From Octopus sinensis (taxonomy: Eukaryota), in the NCBI RefSeq assembly GCF_006345805.1, contig NW_021836412.1, positions 1 through 24,246 on the forward strand: a DNA stretch of 24,246 nucleotides. Direction: 5' to 3'. The notes below the pieces were generated by a model. That model was not told the DNA's origin and did no database searches. It worked only from the letters and a program-made list of their open reading frames with translations. Of the stretch, positions 9,492-21,536 are shown piece after piece. Numbering within the stretch: the first letter of the stretch is position 1; every line of letters begins with the position of its first letter. A program made the translations under genes and the position numbers.

Positions 9492-9593
9492 AAAGTCGGA
9501 TTGACTTCAATGGGATTTGAACCAACAGTGCTGAGAGCCAAAACAAGATTGCAAAAGATTTCGTCTAATCTTTTTGCCATTCTGCCAATCACC
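9492..9593 (-). mobile_element. Old, degenerate tRNA-derived SINE head
   Basis: Minus strand reads tggcagaatgg (A-box-like) and ggttcaaatccc (B box) at a spacing similar to family B. The body is absent. Confidence 0.4.
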
Positions 9594-9802
9594 CCCACCC
9601 CAACCCACCCCACCCCCACCCCTACCCCAACGCCGATGCGACAGTCTTCCCCCCACCCACCCACCCCCAACCCAACACCCATCCCCATCTCCCCGCTTTC
9701 CTCTTTTACTCCAAGACTTCAATATTTCCTCGGAGGGGCCCCCAGGAAACAAGACATCAAGAAATCCAATTTTCTTCATTTTCTCTTTGTGTTAGGTTTT
9801 CA

Positions 9803-10045
9803 TTGGCAGAATCGTTGGCAGAATCGTTAGCACGCTGGACAAAGTGCTTAGCGGTAATTCGTCTGCCGTTACGTTGTGAGTTCAAATTCCGCCGAGGTCG
9901 ACTTTGCCTTTCATCCTTTCGGGGCCGATTAAATAAGTACCAGTTACGCACTGGGGTTGATATAATCGACTAAATCCGTTTGTCCGTCCTTGTTTGTCCC
10001 CTCTGTGTTTAGCCCCTTGTGGGTAGTAAAGAAATAGGTATTTCG
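9803..10045 (+). mobile_element. tRNA-derived SINE family B with a 12-bp head duplication
   Basis: ttggcagaatcg twice (9803-9826), B box gagttcaaattcc, body ctttgcctttcatcctttcgggg, tail gtagtaaagaaata followed by ggtatttcg. Confidence 0.92.
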
Positions 10046-10082
10046 CAAGTTGCTACATTCGGAGGCAGGGGTGGTGATGGTA

Positions 10083-10369
10083 GTGGAGGCACATGGCCTA
10101 GTGGTTAGAGAAGTCGATGGATCGTGGGTTCGAATCTCAGACAGGGCGATGTGTGTGTTTATGAGCAAAAACACCTAAGCTCCATGCGGCTCCGGCAGAA
10201 GGTAATGGCAACACTTCTGCTGACTCTTTCGCCACAACATTCTCTCACTCTTTCCTCCTGCATCTTGCAACTCACCTGCGACGGTCAGGCGTCCCGTCCA
10301 GGTGGGTAACCTATGTGCCAAGGAAACAGGAAAACCGGCCCTTCTGAGCCCGTCATGGCTCGAGAAGGA
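10083..10369 (+). mobile_element. tRNA-derived SINE family D
   Basis: A box tggcctagtgg and B box gggttcgaatct, with a spacer that looks shortened relative to my recalled consensus. Shares an internal block with 806-963. Confidence 0.8.
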
Positions 10370-10438
10370 TGGAGGGGTGGTGGCAACCAAGGAAGTCAGT
10401 CAGGGAAGATGGTGAGAGAGTAACCAATGTGAAAGACA

Positions 10439-13400
10439 GTGGTGGAGGGGAAGGTGGTAAAGTCAAAGGTATTGATGGTGGTGGCATCAGAAGTCTGAAT
10501 GGTGGGGGGGTGGATGGCAGATGTGGTGGTGATGGTGGTGGAGGGGAAGGTGGTAAAGTCAAAGGTATTGATGGTGGTGGCATCAGAAGTCTGAATGGTG
10601 GGTGGATGGCAGATGTGGTGGTGATGGTGGTGGAGGGGAAGGTGGTAAAGTCAAAGGTATTGATGGTGGTGGCATCAGAAGTCTGAATGATGGGTGGATG
10701 GCAGATGTGGTGGTGATGGTGGTGGAGGGGAAGGTGGTAAAGTCAAAGGTATTGATGGTGGTGGCATCAGAAGTCTGAATGGTGGGTGGATGGCAGATGT
10801 GGTGGTGATGGTGGTGGAGGGGAAGGTGGTAAAGTCAAAGGTATTGATGGTGGTGGCATCAGAAGTCTGAATGATGGGTGGATGGCAGATGTGGTGGTGA
10901 TGGTGGTGGAGGGGAAGGTGGTAAAGTCAAAGGTATTGATGGTGGTGGCATCAGAAGTCTGAATGATGGGTGGATGGCAGATGTGGTGGTGATGGTGGTG
11001 GAGGGGAAGGTGGTAAAGTCAAAGGTATTGAGGGTGGTGGCATCAGAAGTCTGAATGATGGGTGGATGGCAGATGTGGTGGTGATGTGGTGGAGGGGAAG
11101 GTGGTAAAGTCAAAGGTATTGATGGTGGTGGCATCAGAAGTCTGAATGATGGGTGGATGGCAGATGTGGTGGTGATGGTGGTGGAGGGGAAGGTGGTAAA
11201 GTCAAAGGTATTGAGGGTGGTGGCATCAGAAGTCTGAATGATGGGTGGATGGCAGATGTGGTGGTGATGGTGGTGGAGGGGAAGGTGGTAAAGTCAAAGG
11301 TATTGATGGTGGTGGCATCAGAAGTCTGAATGATGGGTGGATGGCAGATGTGGTGGTGATGGTGGTGGAGGGGAAGGTGGTAAAGTCAAAGGTATTGAGG
11401 GTGGTGGCATCAGAAGTCTGAATGATGGGTGGATGGCAGATGTGGTGGTGATAGTGGTGGAGGGGAAGGTGGTAAAGTCAAAGGTATTGATGGTGGTGGC
11501 ATCAGAAGTCTGAATGATGGGTGGATGGCAGATGTGGTGGTGATGGTGGTGGAGGGGAAGGTGGTAAAGTCAAAGGTATTGAGGGTGGTGGCATCAGAAG
11601 TCTGAATGGTGGGTGGATGGCAGATGTGGTGGTGATGGTGGTGGAGGGGAAGGTGGTAAAGTCAAAGGTATTGAGGGTGGTGGCGTCGGAAGTCTGAATG
11701 GTGGGTGGATGGCAGATGTGGTGGTGATGGTGGTGGAGGGGAAGGTGGTAAAGTCAAAGGTATTGATGGTGGTGGCATCAGAAGTCTGAATGGTGGGTGG
11801 ATGGCAGATGTGGTGGTGATGGTGGTGGAGGGGAAGGTGGTAAAGTCAAAAGTATTGATGGTGGTGGTGTCAGAAGTCTGAATGGTGGGTGGATGGCAGA
11901 TGTGGTGGTGATGGTGGTGGAGGGGAAGGTGGTAAAGTCAAAGGTATTGATGGTGGTGGCATCAGAAGTCTGAATGGAGGGTGGATTGCAGATGTGGTGT
12001 TGATGGTGGTGGAGGGGAAGGTGGTAAAGTCAAAGGTATTGATGATGGTGGCATCAGAAGTCTGAATGGTGGGTGGATGGCAGATGTGGTGGTGATGGTG
12101 GTGGAGGGGAAGGTGGTAAAGTCAAAGGTATTGATGGTGGTGGCATCAGAAATCTGAATGGTGGGTGGATGGCAGATGTGGTGGTGATGGTGGTGGAGGG
12201 GAAGGTGGTAAAGTCAAAGGTATTGATGGTTATGGCATCAGAAGTCTGAATGATGGGTGGATGGCAGATGTGGTGGTGATGGTGGTGGAGGGGAAGGTGG
12301 TAAAGTCAAAGGTATTGATGGTGGTGGCATCAGAAGTCTGAATGGTGGGTGGATGGCAGATCTGGTGGTGATGGTGGTGGAGGGGAAGGTGGTAAGGTCA
12401 AAGGTATTGATGGTGGTGGCATCAGAAGTCTGAATGGTGGGTGGATGGCAGATGTGGTGGTGATGGTGGTGGAGGGGAAGGTGGTAAAGTCAAAGGTATT
12501 GATGGTGGTGGCATCAGAAGTCTGAATGGTGGATGGATGGCCGATGTGATGGTGATGGTGGTGGAGGGGAAGGTGGTAAAGTCAAAGGTATTGATGATGG
12601 TGGCGTCAGAAGTCTGAATGGTGGGTGGATGGCAGATGTGATGGTGATGGTGGTGGAGGAGAAGGTGGTAACGTCAAAGGTATTGATGGTGGTGGCATTA
12701 GAAGTCTGAATGGTGGATGGATGGCCGATGTGTTGGTGATTGTGGTGGAGGGGAAGGTGGTAAAATCAAAGGTATTGATGATGGTGGCGTCAGAAGTCTG
12801 AATCGTGGGTGGATGGCAGATGTGGTGGTGATGGTGGTGGAGGGGAAGGTGGTAAAGTCAAAGGTATTGATGGTGGTGGCATCAGAAGTCTGAATGATGG
12901 GTGGATGGCAGATGTGGTGGTGATGGTTGTGGAGGGGAAGGTGGTAAAGTCAAAGGTATTGATGGTGGTGGCGTCAGAAGTCTGAATGGTGTGTGGATGG
13001 CAAATGTGATGGTGATGGTGCGGGAGGGGAAGGTGGTAAAGTCAAAGGTATTTATGTTGTGGTGGCGTCAGAAGTCTGAAGGTGGGTGGTGGGTGGATGG
13101 CAGGTGTGGTGGTGGTGGTGGTGGTGGAGGGGAAGGTGTAAAGTCAAAGGTTGATGATGGTGTTGTCAGAAGTTATAATGGTGGGTGGATGGCAGATGTG
13201 ATGGTGATGGTGGTGGAGGGGAAGGTGGTAAAGTCAAAAGTATTGATAGTGGTGGTGTCAGAAGTCTGAATGGTGGGTGGATGGCAGATGTGGTGGTGAT
13301 GGTGGTGGAGGGGAAGGTGGTAAAGTCAAAGGTATTGATGGTGGTGGCATCAGAAGTCTGAATGGTGGGTGGATGGCAGATGTGATGGTGATGGTGGTGG

Positions 13401-16400
13401 AGGGGAAGGTGGTAAAGTCAAAGGTATTGATGGTGGTGGCTTCAGAAGTCTGAATGGTGGGTGGATGGCAAATGTGATGGTGATGGTGGGGGAGTGCAAG
13501 GTGGTAAAGTCAAAGGTATTGATGGTGGTGGCGTCAGAAATCTAAATGGTGGGTGGATGGCAAATGTGATGGTGATGGTGGGGGAGGGGAAGGTGGTAAA
13601 GTCAAATGTATTCAAGGTGGTGGCATCAGAAGTCTGAATGGTGGGTGGATGGCAAATGTGATGGTGATGGTGGTGGAGGGGAAGGTGGTAAAGTCAAAGG
13701 TATTGATGGTGGTGGCGTCAGAAGTCTGAATGGTGGGTGGATGGCAAATGTGATGGTGATGGCGGGGGAGGGGAAGGTGGTAAAGTCAAAGGTATTGATA
13801 GTGGTGGCGTCAGAAGTCTGAATGGTGGGTGGATGGCAAATGTGATGGTGATGGTGGGGGAGGGGAAGGTGGTAAAGTCAAAGGTATTGATGGTGGTGGC
13901 ATCAGAATTCTGAATGGTGGGTGGATGGCAAATGTGATGGTGATGGTGGTGGAGGGGAAGGTTGTAAAGTCAAATGTATTGATGGTGGTGGCGTCAGAAA
14001 TCTGAATGGTGGGGGATGGCAAATGTGATGGTGATGGTGGTGGAGGGGAAGGTGGTAAAGTCAAAAGTATTGATGGTGGTGGTGTCAGAAGTCTGAATGG
14101 TGGGTGGATGGCAGATGTGGTGGTGGTGGTGGTGGAGGGGAAGGTGGTAAAGTCAAAGGTATTGATGGTGGTGGTGTCAGAAGTCTGAATGGTGGGTGGA
14201 TGGCAGATGTGATGGTGGTGGTGGTGGAGGGGAAGGTGGTAAAGTCAAAGGTATCGATGGTGGTGGTGTCAGAAGTCTGAATGGTGGGTGGATGGCAGAT
14301 GTGATGGTGATGGTGGTGGAGGGGAAGGTGGTAAAGTCAAAAGTATTGATGGTGGTGGTGTCAGAAGTCTGAATGGTGGGTGGATGGCAGATGTGGTGGT
14401 GGTGGTGGTGGTGGAGGGGAAGGTGGTAAAGTCAAAGGTATTGATGATGGTGGTGTCAGAAGTCTGAATGGTGGGTGGATGGTAGATGTGGTGGTGATGG
14501 TGGTGGAGGGGAAGGTGGTAAAGTCAAAGGTATTGATGGTGGTGGCATCAGAAGTCTGAATGGTGGGTGGATGACAGATGTGGTGGTGATGGTGGTGGAG
14601 GGGAAGGTGGTAAAGTCAAAGGTATTGATGGTGGTGGCATTAGAAGTCTGAATGGTGGGTGGATGGCAGATGTGATGGTGATGGTGGTGGAGGGGAAGGT
14701 GGTAAAGTCAAGGTATGATGTGGGGTGGTGGCGCGTCAGAAGTCTGAATGGTGGGTGGATGGCAGATGTGGTGGTGATGGTGGTGGAGGGGAAGGTGGTA
14801 AAGTCAAAGGTATTGATGGTTGTGGCATTAGAAGTCTGAATAGTGGGTGGATGGCAGATGTGGTGGTGATGGTGGTGGAGGGGAAGGTGGTAAAGTCAAA
14901 GGTATTGATGGTGGCGGCATTAGAAGTCTGAATGGTGGGTGGATGGCAGATGTGATGGTGATGGTGGTGGAGGGGAAGGTGGTAAAGTCAAAGGTATTGA
15001 TGGTGGTGGCGTCAGAAGTCTGAATGGTGGGTGGATGGCAGATGTGGTGGTGATGGTGGTGTAGGGGAAGGTGGTAAAGTCAAAGGTATTGATGATGGTG
15101 GTGTCAGAAGTCTGAATGGTGGGTGGATGGCAGATGTGATGATGATGGTGGTGGAGGGGAAGGTGGTAAAGTCAAAGGTATTGATGGTGGAGGCGTCAGA
15201 AGTCTGAATGGTGGGTGGATGGCAGATGTAATGGTGATGGTGGGGGAGGGGAAGGTGGTAAAGTCAAAGGTATTGATGATGGTGGTGTCAGAAGTCTGAA
15301 TGGTGGGTGGATGGCAGATGTGATGGTGATGGTGGTGGAGGGGAAGGTGGTAAAGTCAAAGCTATTGATGGTGGTGGCATCAGAAGTCTGAATGGTGGGT
15401 GGATGGCAGATGTGATGGTGATGGTGGGGGAGGGGAAGGTGGTAAAGTCAAAGGTATTGATGGTGGTGGCGTCAGAAGTCTGAATGGTGGGTGGATGGCA
15501 GATGTGGGGGTGATGGTGGTGAAGGGGAAGGTGGTAAAGTCAAAGGTATTGATGGTGGTGGCGTCAGAAGTCTGAATGGTGGGTGGATGGCAGATGTGGT
15601 GGTGATGGTGGTGGAGGGGAAGGTGGTAAAGTCAAAGGTATTGATGGTGGTGGCGTCAGAAGTCTGAATGGTGGGTGGATGGCAGATGTGGGGTGATGGT
15701 GGTGGAGGGGAAGGTGGTAAAGTCAAAGGTATTGATGATGGTGGTGTCAGAAGTCTGAATGGTGGGTGGATGGCAGATGTGATGGTGATGGTGGTGGAGG
15801 GGAAGGTGGTAAAGTCAAAGGTATTGATGGTGGTGGCATCAGAAGTCTGAATGGTGGGTGGATGGCAGATGTGATGGTGATGGTGGGGGAGGGGAAGGTG
15901 GTAAAGTCAGAGGTATTGATGGTGGTGGCGTCAGAAGTCTGAATGGTGGGTTGATGGCAGATGTGGGGGTGATGGTGGTGGAGGGGAAGGTGGTAAAGTC
16001 AAAGGTATTGATTGTGGTGGCGTCAGAAGTCTGAATGGTGGGTGGATGGCAGATGTGGGGGTGATGGTGGTGGAGGGGTGGTGGGGGGAAGGTGGTAAAG
16101 TCAAAGGTATTGATGGTGGTGGCGTCAGAAGTCTGAATGGTGGGTGGATGGCAGATGTGGGGGTGATGGTGGTGGAGGGAAGGTGGTAAAGTCAAAGGTA
16201 TTGATGATGGTGGTGTCAGCAGAGTCTGAATGGTGGGTGGATGGCAGATGTGATGGTGATGGGGTGGAAGGGAAGGTGGTAAAGTAAAGGTATTGATGGT
16301 GGTGGCATCGGAAGTCTGAATGGTGGGTGGATGGCAGATGTGATGGTGATGGGGGGGAGGGGAAGGTGGTAAAGTCAAAGGTATTGATGGTGGTGGCGTC

Positions 16401-19019
16401 AGAAGTCTGAATGGTGGGTGGATGGCAGATGTGGGGGTGATGGTGGTGGAGGGGAAGGTGGTAAAGTCAAAGGTATGGTGGTGGTGGCGTCAGAAGTCTG
16501 AATGGTGGGTGGATGGCAGATGTGGGGGTGATGGTGGTGGAGGGGAATGTGGTAAAGTCAAAGGTTTTGATGGTGGTGGCGTCAGAAGTCTGAATGGTGG
16601 GTGGATGGCAGATGTGTGGGTGATGGTGGTGGAGGGGAAGGTGGTAAAGTCAAAGGTATTGATGATGGTGGTGTCAGAAATCTGAATGGTGGGTGGATGG
16701 CAGATGTGATGGTGATGGTGGTGGAGGGGAAGGTGGTTAAAGTCAAAGGTATTGATGGTGGTGGCATCAGAAGTCTGAATGGTGGGTGGATGGCAGATGT
16801 GATGGTGATGGTGGGGGAGGGGAAGTGGTAAAGTCAAAGGTATTGATGGTGGTGGCGTCAGAAGTCTGAATGGTGGGTGGATGCAGATGGGGGGTGATGG
16901 TGGTGGAGGGGAAGGTGGTAAAGTCAAAGGTATTGGTGGTGGTGGCGTCAGAAGGCTGAATGGGGGTGGATGGCAGATGTGGGGGTGATGGTGATGGGTG
17001 GAGGGAAGGTGGTAAAGTCAAAGGTATTGATGGTGGTGGCCGTCAGAAGTCTGAATGGTGGGTGGATGGCAGATGTGGGGGTGATGGTGGTGGACGGGAA
17101 GGTGGTAAAGTCAAAGGTATTTATGATGGTGGTGTCAGAAGTCTGAATGGTGGGTGGATGGCCAGATGGTGATGTGATGGTGGTGGAGGGGAAGGTGGTA
17201 AAGTCAAGGTATTGATGGTGGTGGCATCAGAAGTCTGAATGGTGGGTGGATGGCAGATGTGATGGTGATGGTGGGGGAGGGGAAGGTGGTAAAGTCAAAG
17301 GTATTGATGGTGGTGGCGTCAGAAGTCTGAATGGTGGGTGGATGGCAGATGTGGGGGTGATGGTGGTGGAGGGGAAGGTGGTAAAGTCAAAGGTATTGAT
17401 GGTGGTGGCGTCAGAAGTCTGAATGGTGGGTGGATGGCAGATGTGGGGGTGATGGTGGTGGAGGGGAAGGTGGTAAAGTCAAAGGTATTGATGGTGGTGG
17501 CGTCAGAAGTCTGAACGGTGGGTGGATGGCAGATGTGGGGGTGATGGTGGTGGAGGGGAAGGTGGTAAAGTCAAAGGTATTGATGATGGTGGTGTCAGAA
17601 GTCTGAATGGTGGGTGGATGGCAGATGTGATGGTGATGGTGGTGGAGGGGAAGGTGGTAAAGTCAAAGGTATTGATGGTGGTGACATCAGAAGTCTGAAT
17701 GGTGGGTGGATGGCAGATGTGATGGTGATGGTGGGGGAGGGGAAGGTGGTAAAGTCAAAGGTATTGATGGTGGTGGCGTCAGAAGTCTGAATGGTGGGTG
17801 GATGGCAGTGGTGGGGGTGATGGTGGTGGAGGGGAAGGTGGTAAAGTCAAAGGTATTGATGGTGGTGGCGTCAGAAGTCTGAATGGTGGGTGGAGGCAGC
17901 GATGGGGTGTGATGGTGGTGGAGGGGAGGTGGTAAAGTCAAGGTATTGATGGTGGTGGCGTCAGAAGTCTGAATGGTGGGTGGATGGCAGATGTGGGGGT
18001 GATGGTGGTGGAGGGGAGGTGGTAAAGTCAAAGGTATTGATGGTGGTGGCGTCAGAAGTCTGAATGGTGGGTGGATGGCAGATGTGTGGTTGTGGTGGTG
18101 GAGGGGAAGGTGGTAAAGTCAAAGGTATTGATGGTGGTGGCATCAGAAGTCTGAATGGTGGGTGGATGGCCAGATGTGATGGTGATGGTGGGGGAGGGGA
18201 AGGTGGTAAATCAAGGTATGATGGTGGCTGGTCGTCAGAAGTCTGAATGGTGGGTGGATGGCAGATGGGGGTGATGGTGGTGGAGGGGAAGGTGGTAAAG
18301 TCAAAGGTATTGTGGTGGCGTCAGAAGTCTGAATGGTGGGTGGATGGCAGATGTGATGGTGATGGTGGTGGAGGGGAAGGTGGTAAAGTCAAAGGTTTTG
18401 ATGGTGGTGGCGTCAGAAGTCTGAATGGTGGGGGGGATGGCAGATGTTGGTGGTGATGGTGGGGGAGGGGAAGGTGGTAAAGTCAAAGGTATTGATGGTG
18501 GTGGCGTCAGAAGTCTGAATGGGGGGGATGGCAGATGTGGTGGTGATGGTGGTGGAGGGGAAGGTGGTAAAGTCAAGGTATGATGCGGTGGCGTCAGAAG
18601 TCTGAATGGTGGGTGGATGGCAGATGTGGAGGTGATGGTGGTGGAGGGGAAGGTGGTAAAGTCAAAGGTATTGATGATGGTGGCGTCAGAAGTCTGAATG
18701 GTGGGTGGATGGCAGATGTGATGGTGATGGTGGGGGAGGGGAAGGTGGTAAAGTCAAAGGTATTGATGGTGGTGGCGTCAGAAGTCTGAATGGTGGGTGG
18801 ATGGCAGATGTGGGGGTGATGGCGGTGGAGGGGAAGGTGGTAAAGTCAAAGGTATTGATGGTGGTGGCGTCAGAAGTCTGAATGGTGGGTGGATGGCAGA
18901 TGTGGTGGTGATGGTGGTGGAGGGGAAGGTGGTAAAGTCAAAGGTATTGATGGTGGTGGCGTCAGAAGTCTGAATGGTGGGTGGATGGCAGATGTGGTGG
19001 CCATGGTGGTGGTGGTGGT
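10439..19019. repeat. 92-bp G-rich tandem satellite, about 93 units
   Basis: Consensus atggtgggtggatggcagatgtggtggtgatggtggtggaggggaaggtggtaaagtcaaaggtattgatggtggtggc(a/g)tcagaagtctga (92 nt; 43 G, 5 C). Period checked at 10587 to 10679. Confidence 0.98.
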
Positions 19020-19221
19020 ACTGTTGTTTATCATGCAGCAAAATTGCAGTAAAATTCTTCATTGCTTGAAAAATATTGCTCAAGTTTGCTAAACTTTATA
19101 TGTACTCAGAGCATGAAGTGTCATTGTAGGGCCCAAAAGCCTAATGAGGAGCCCTCCATAGGAGCTAGCTTTTTAGTTAGTAATAATATAACTGGTGAGC
19201 AAGCATAAAATAACCAGTATT

Positions 19222-20087
19222 TGTGTGTGGGGGGGGTCAGTGTGTGTGTGTATAGGCACACACACACACACACTGACCCACACACACACACACTGACCCA
19301 CACACATGTATAGGCACACACACACACTGACCCACACATGTATAGGCACATACACACACACACTGACCCACACACACCACACACTGACCCACCACACACC
19401 ACACTGACCCACACACATGTATAGGCACACACACACACTGACCCACACATGTATAGGCACATACAACACACACACTGACCCCACACAACACACACACTGA
19501 CCACACACACGCACACACTGACCACACCACATGTATAGGCAAACACACACACTGACCCACACATTTATAGGCACATACACACACAACTGACCCACACAAC
19601 CACACACTGACCCACACACACACACTGACCACACACATGTATAGGCACACACCACCCACTGACCCACACATGTATAGGCACATACACACACACACTGACC
19701 CACACACGCACACACTGACCCACACACACACTGACCCACACACATGTATAGGCACACACACACACACACTGACACACACACATATATAGGCAAACACACA
19801 CACACTGACCACACACATGTATAGGCACACACACACACACTGACCCACACACATGGATAGGCACACACACACACACACACACACTGACTCACAGACATGT
19901 ATAGGCACACACACACACACACACACTGACCCAAACACATATATAGGCACACACACACATGTATAGGCACAGACACACACACACACACTGACCCACACAC
20001 ATGTATAGGCAAACACACACATATATAGGCACACCCACACACACACATGTATAGGCACACACACACACACACACACATTGACCCACA
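19222..20087. repeat. Variable-length minisatellite built from actgaccc and atgtataggc blocks separated by (CA)n
   Basis: Read directly from the sequence. Units are roughly 18-45 bp. An inverted copy marks the left edge. Confidence 0.9.
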
Positions 20088-20463
20088 CACGTATTTTTTC
20101 TCTCAGAGTTAATATTGAGAAAAGAACGTTTTTAGAATGTCTAAAGACACAAACCTTTGGGAAGAGATTTCACAAATTGTGTTCGTATTTTGCTTTTAGA
20201 GATGTACAAGAATGGTCGACCTTCCAAAAAGGTTCCTTTCCCGATCAATTCTTTGAGAAAAAAACCTTCTCTCTCTTTCTCTCTCTCTCTATATATATAT
20301 ATAGTCCAAATATATATATATATATATAGGGATCTTTTCCTTTTGAACGGCAGTTTTCAACACAATTTCCACGTAATTAAACACTTTTAAACTTCGTATA
20401 CTGGTAGAATGTGTTTATAAAACATCTTTTTCTCTTGGCTTTATTGAGAAAATTCTATAGTCC

Positions 20464-20494
<31 letters not shown>

Positions 20495-20610
20495 GGTCCC
20501 GGGTTGAGTCGGGGTTAACCACAGTAAATAAGGTACTCAATACATAGCAGAGTAAATTAATTATTTTATAGAAGGAGCAATATATATATATATATATATA
20601 TATTACACAC

Positions 20611-20821
20611 ACACAAAATTAAATAAATGGCACAACGAAATACCGATATTTACTGGAAAATAGCGAACGTAATAAATACGACGCTAATGTATAGCTTCAC
20701 TGCGTATGTACTAGTAAAAAGTACATACGCAGTGAAGCTATACATTAGCGTCGTATTTATTACGTTCGCTATTTTCCAGTAAATATCGGTACTTCGTTGT
20801 GCCATTTATTTAATTTTGTGT
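20611..20821. repeat. Near-perfect palindrome: 102-bp arms, 7-nt spacer
   Basis: 20611-20712 is the reverse complement of 20720-20821 except a20640 opposite c20792. The spacer is agtaaaa (20713-20719). Confidence 0.97.
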
Positions 20822-21536
20822 ATAAATTTACCCTCACGGGCTATCCTTTACTGGAAAGCAATACTCTCGTATTGCATTACTATTTTTATATATATATATA
20901 GTCACAATTTGGGTATTTAGACGTCTTATTGGGATGTTATTATCCAAGTTATTGTTTTAAAGAGAAATTTCTTCAATGGATATATTATAGAAAATATGGT
21001 AAAATATCAAATATTATGACTGAGCTTGAAAACAGAGAGATTTAATGACTACAAATGAAATTATTAATTAATTAATTAATTGACACATTCACCCACAATT
21101 ACAAAACATTACATTAACAAAGTACACTGCAAATATTCTTACTAATGTTTAGTAAACGAACCGTCAGGTAAACAAATTCAAAACATTAGAGTTCGACGGT
21201 TAAATATACTAAAACTCGGAGTAAAAGCAACCGTTCTGATCATTTTGGCCGCCATGGGTTTTGCAGTAAATCACTAAATCATCCATAACTTTTGTATCGT
21301 CCTTTCAAATTACACCAAAATCTCAGACAATAACAAATAATATTGTATTTATTGTCTGTGAAAATTATAGAATATAAAACTACTTTGATAAAAACTTATA
21401 CCTACTTTTCTGACGAAAACAATATAATACAAACACACACATACATATATACATATATATATAATATATAAATTCAAATTACGATGACCGTAAATAAAGT
21501 TTGCTTTAGAAGCATTGAAATGTCTCGAAAGTTAAA

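Noticed and set aside
7812-9830. Long Thr-rich, Pro-rich, Gly-rich and Val-rich ORFs that look like mucin, extensin or glycine-rich proteins
   Set aside because: Overlapping frames on both strands are open because ACC-type repeats rarely form stops. The 7812 ORF starts inside a SINE and the 8829 ORF ends in one. No signal peptide or unique domain is evident.
10439-19019. CRISPR-like or telomeric array
   Set aside because: No unique spacers and no TTAGGG units; it is a head-to-tail satellite in eukaryotic DNA.
10859-19083. Dozens of 60-180 aa ORFs in the satellite
   Set aside because: The 92-bp period is not a multiple of 3. The longer ORFs arise from sporadic indels, some probably sequencing errors.
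19121-20090. Cys/Val-rich ORFs of up to 305 aa resembling metallothionein or keratin-associated proteins
   Set aside because: Translation of the TG-rich strand of the CA minisatellite; several frames are open simultaneously.
20088-20461. Possible diverged inverted pair (ttttctc...gagaaaa...aaattgtgtt) around a CT/TA tract
   Set aside because: Only short words match by eye; identity is too low to call TIRs without an alignment.
20503-20579. Short fragment ggtcccgggttgagtcggggttaacc... that I recall as an octopus interspersed repeat
   Set aside because: Truncated, with no second copy or diagnostic motif in the window, so the family cannot be supported.
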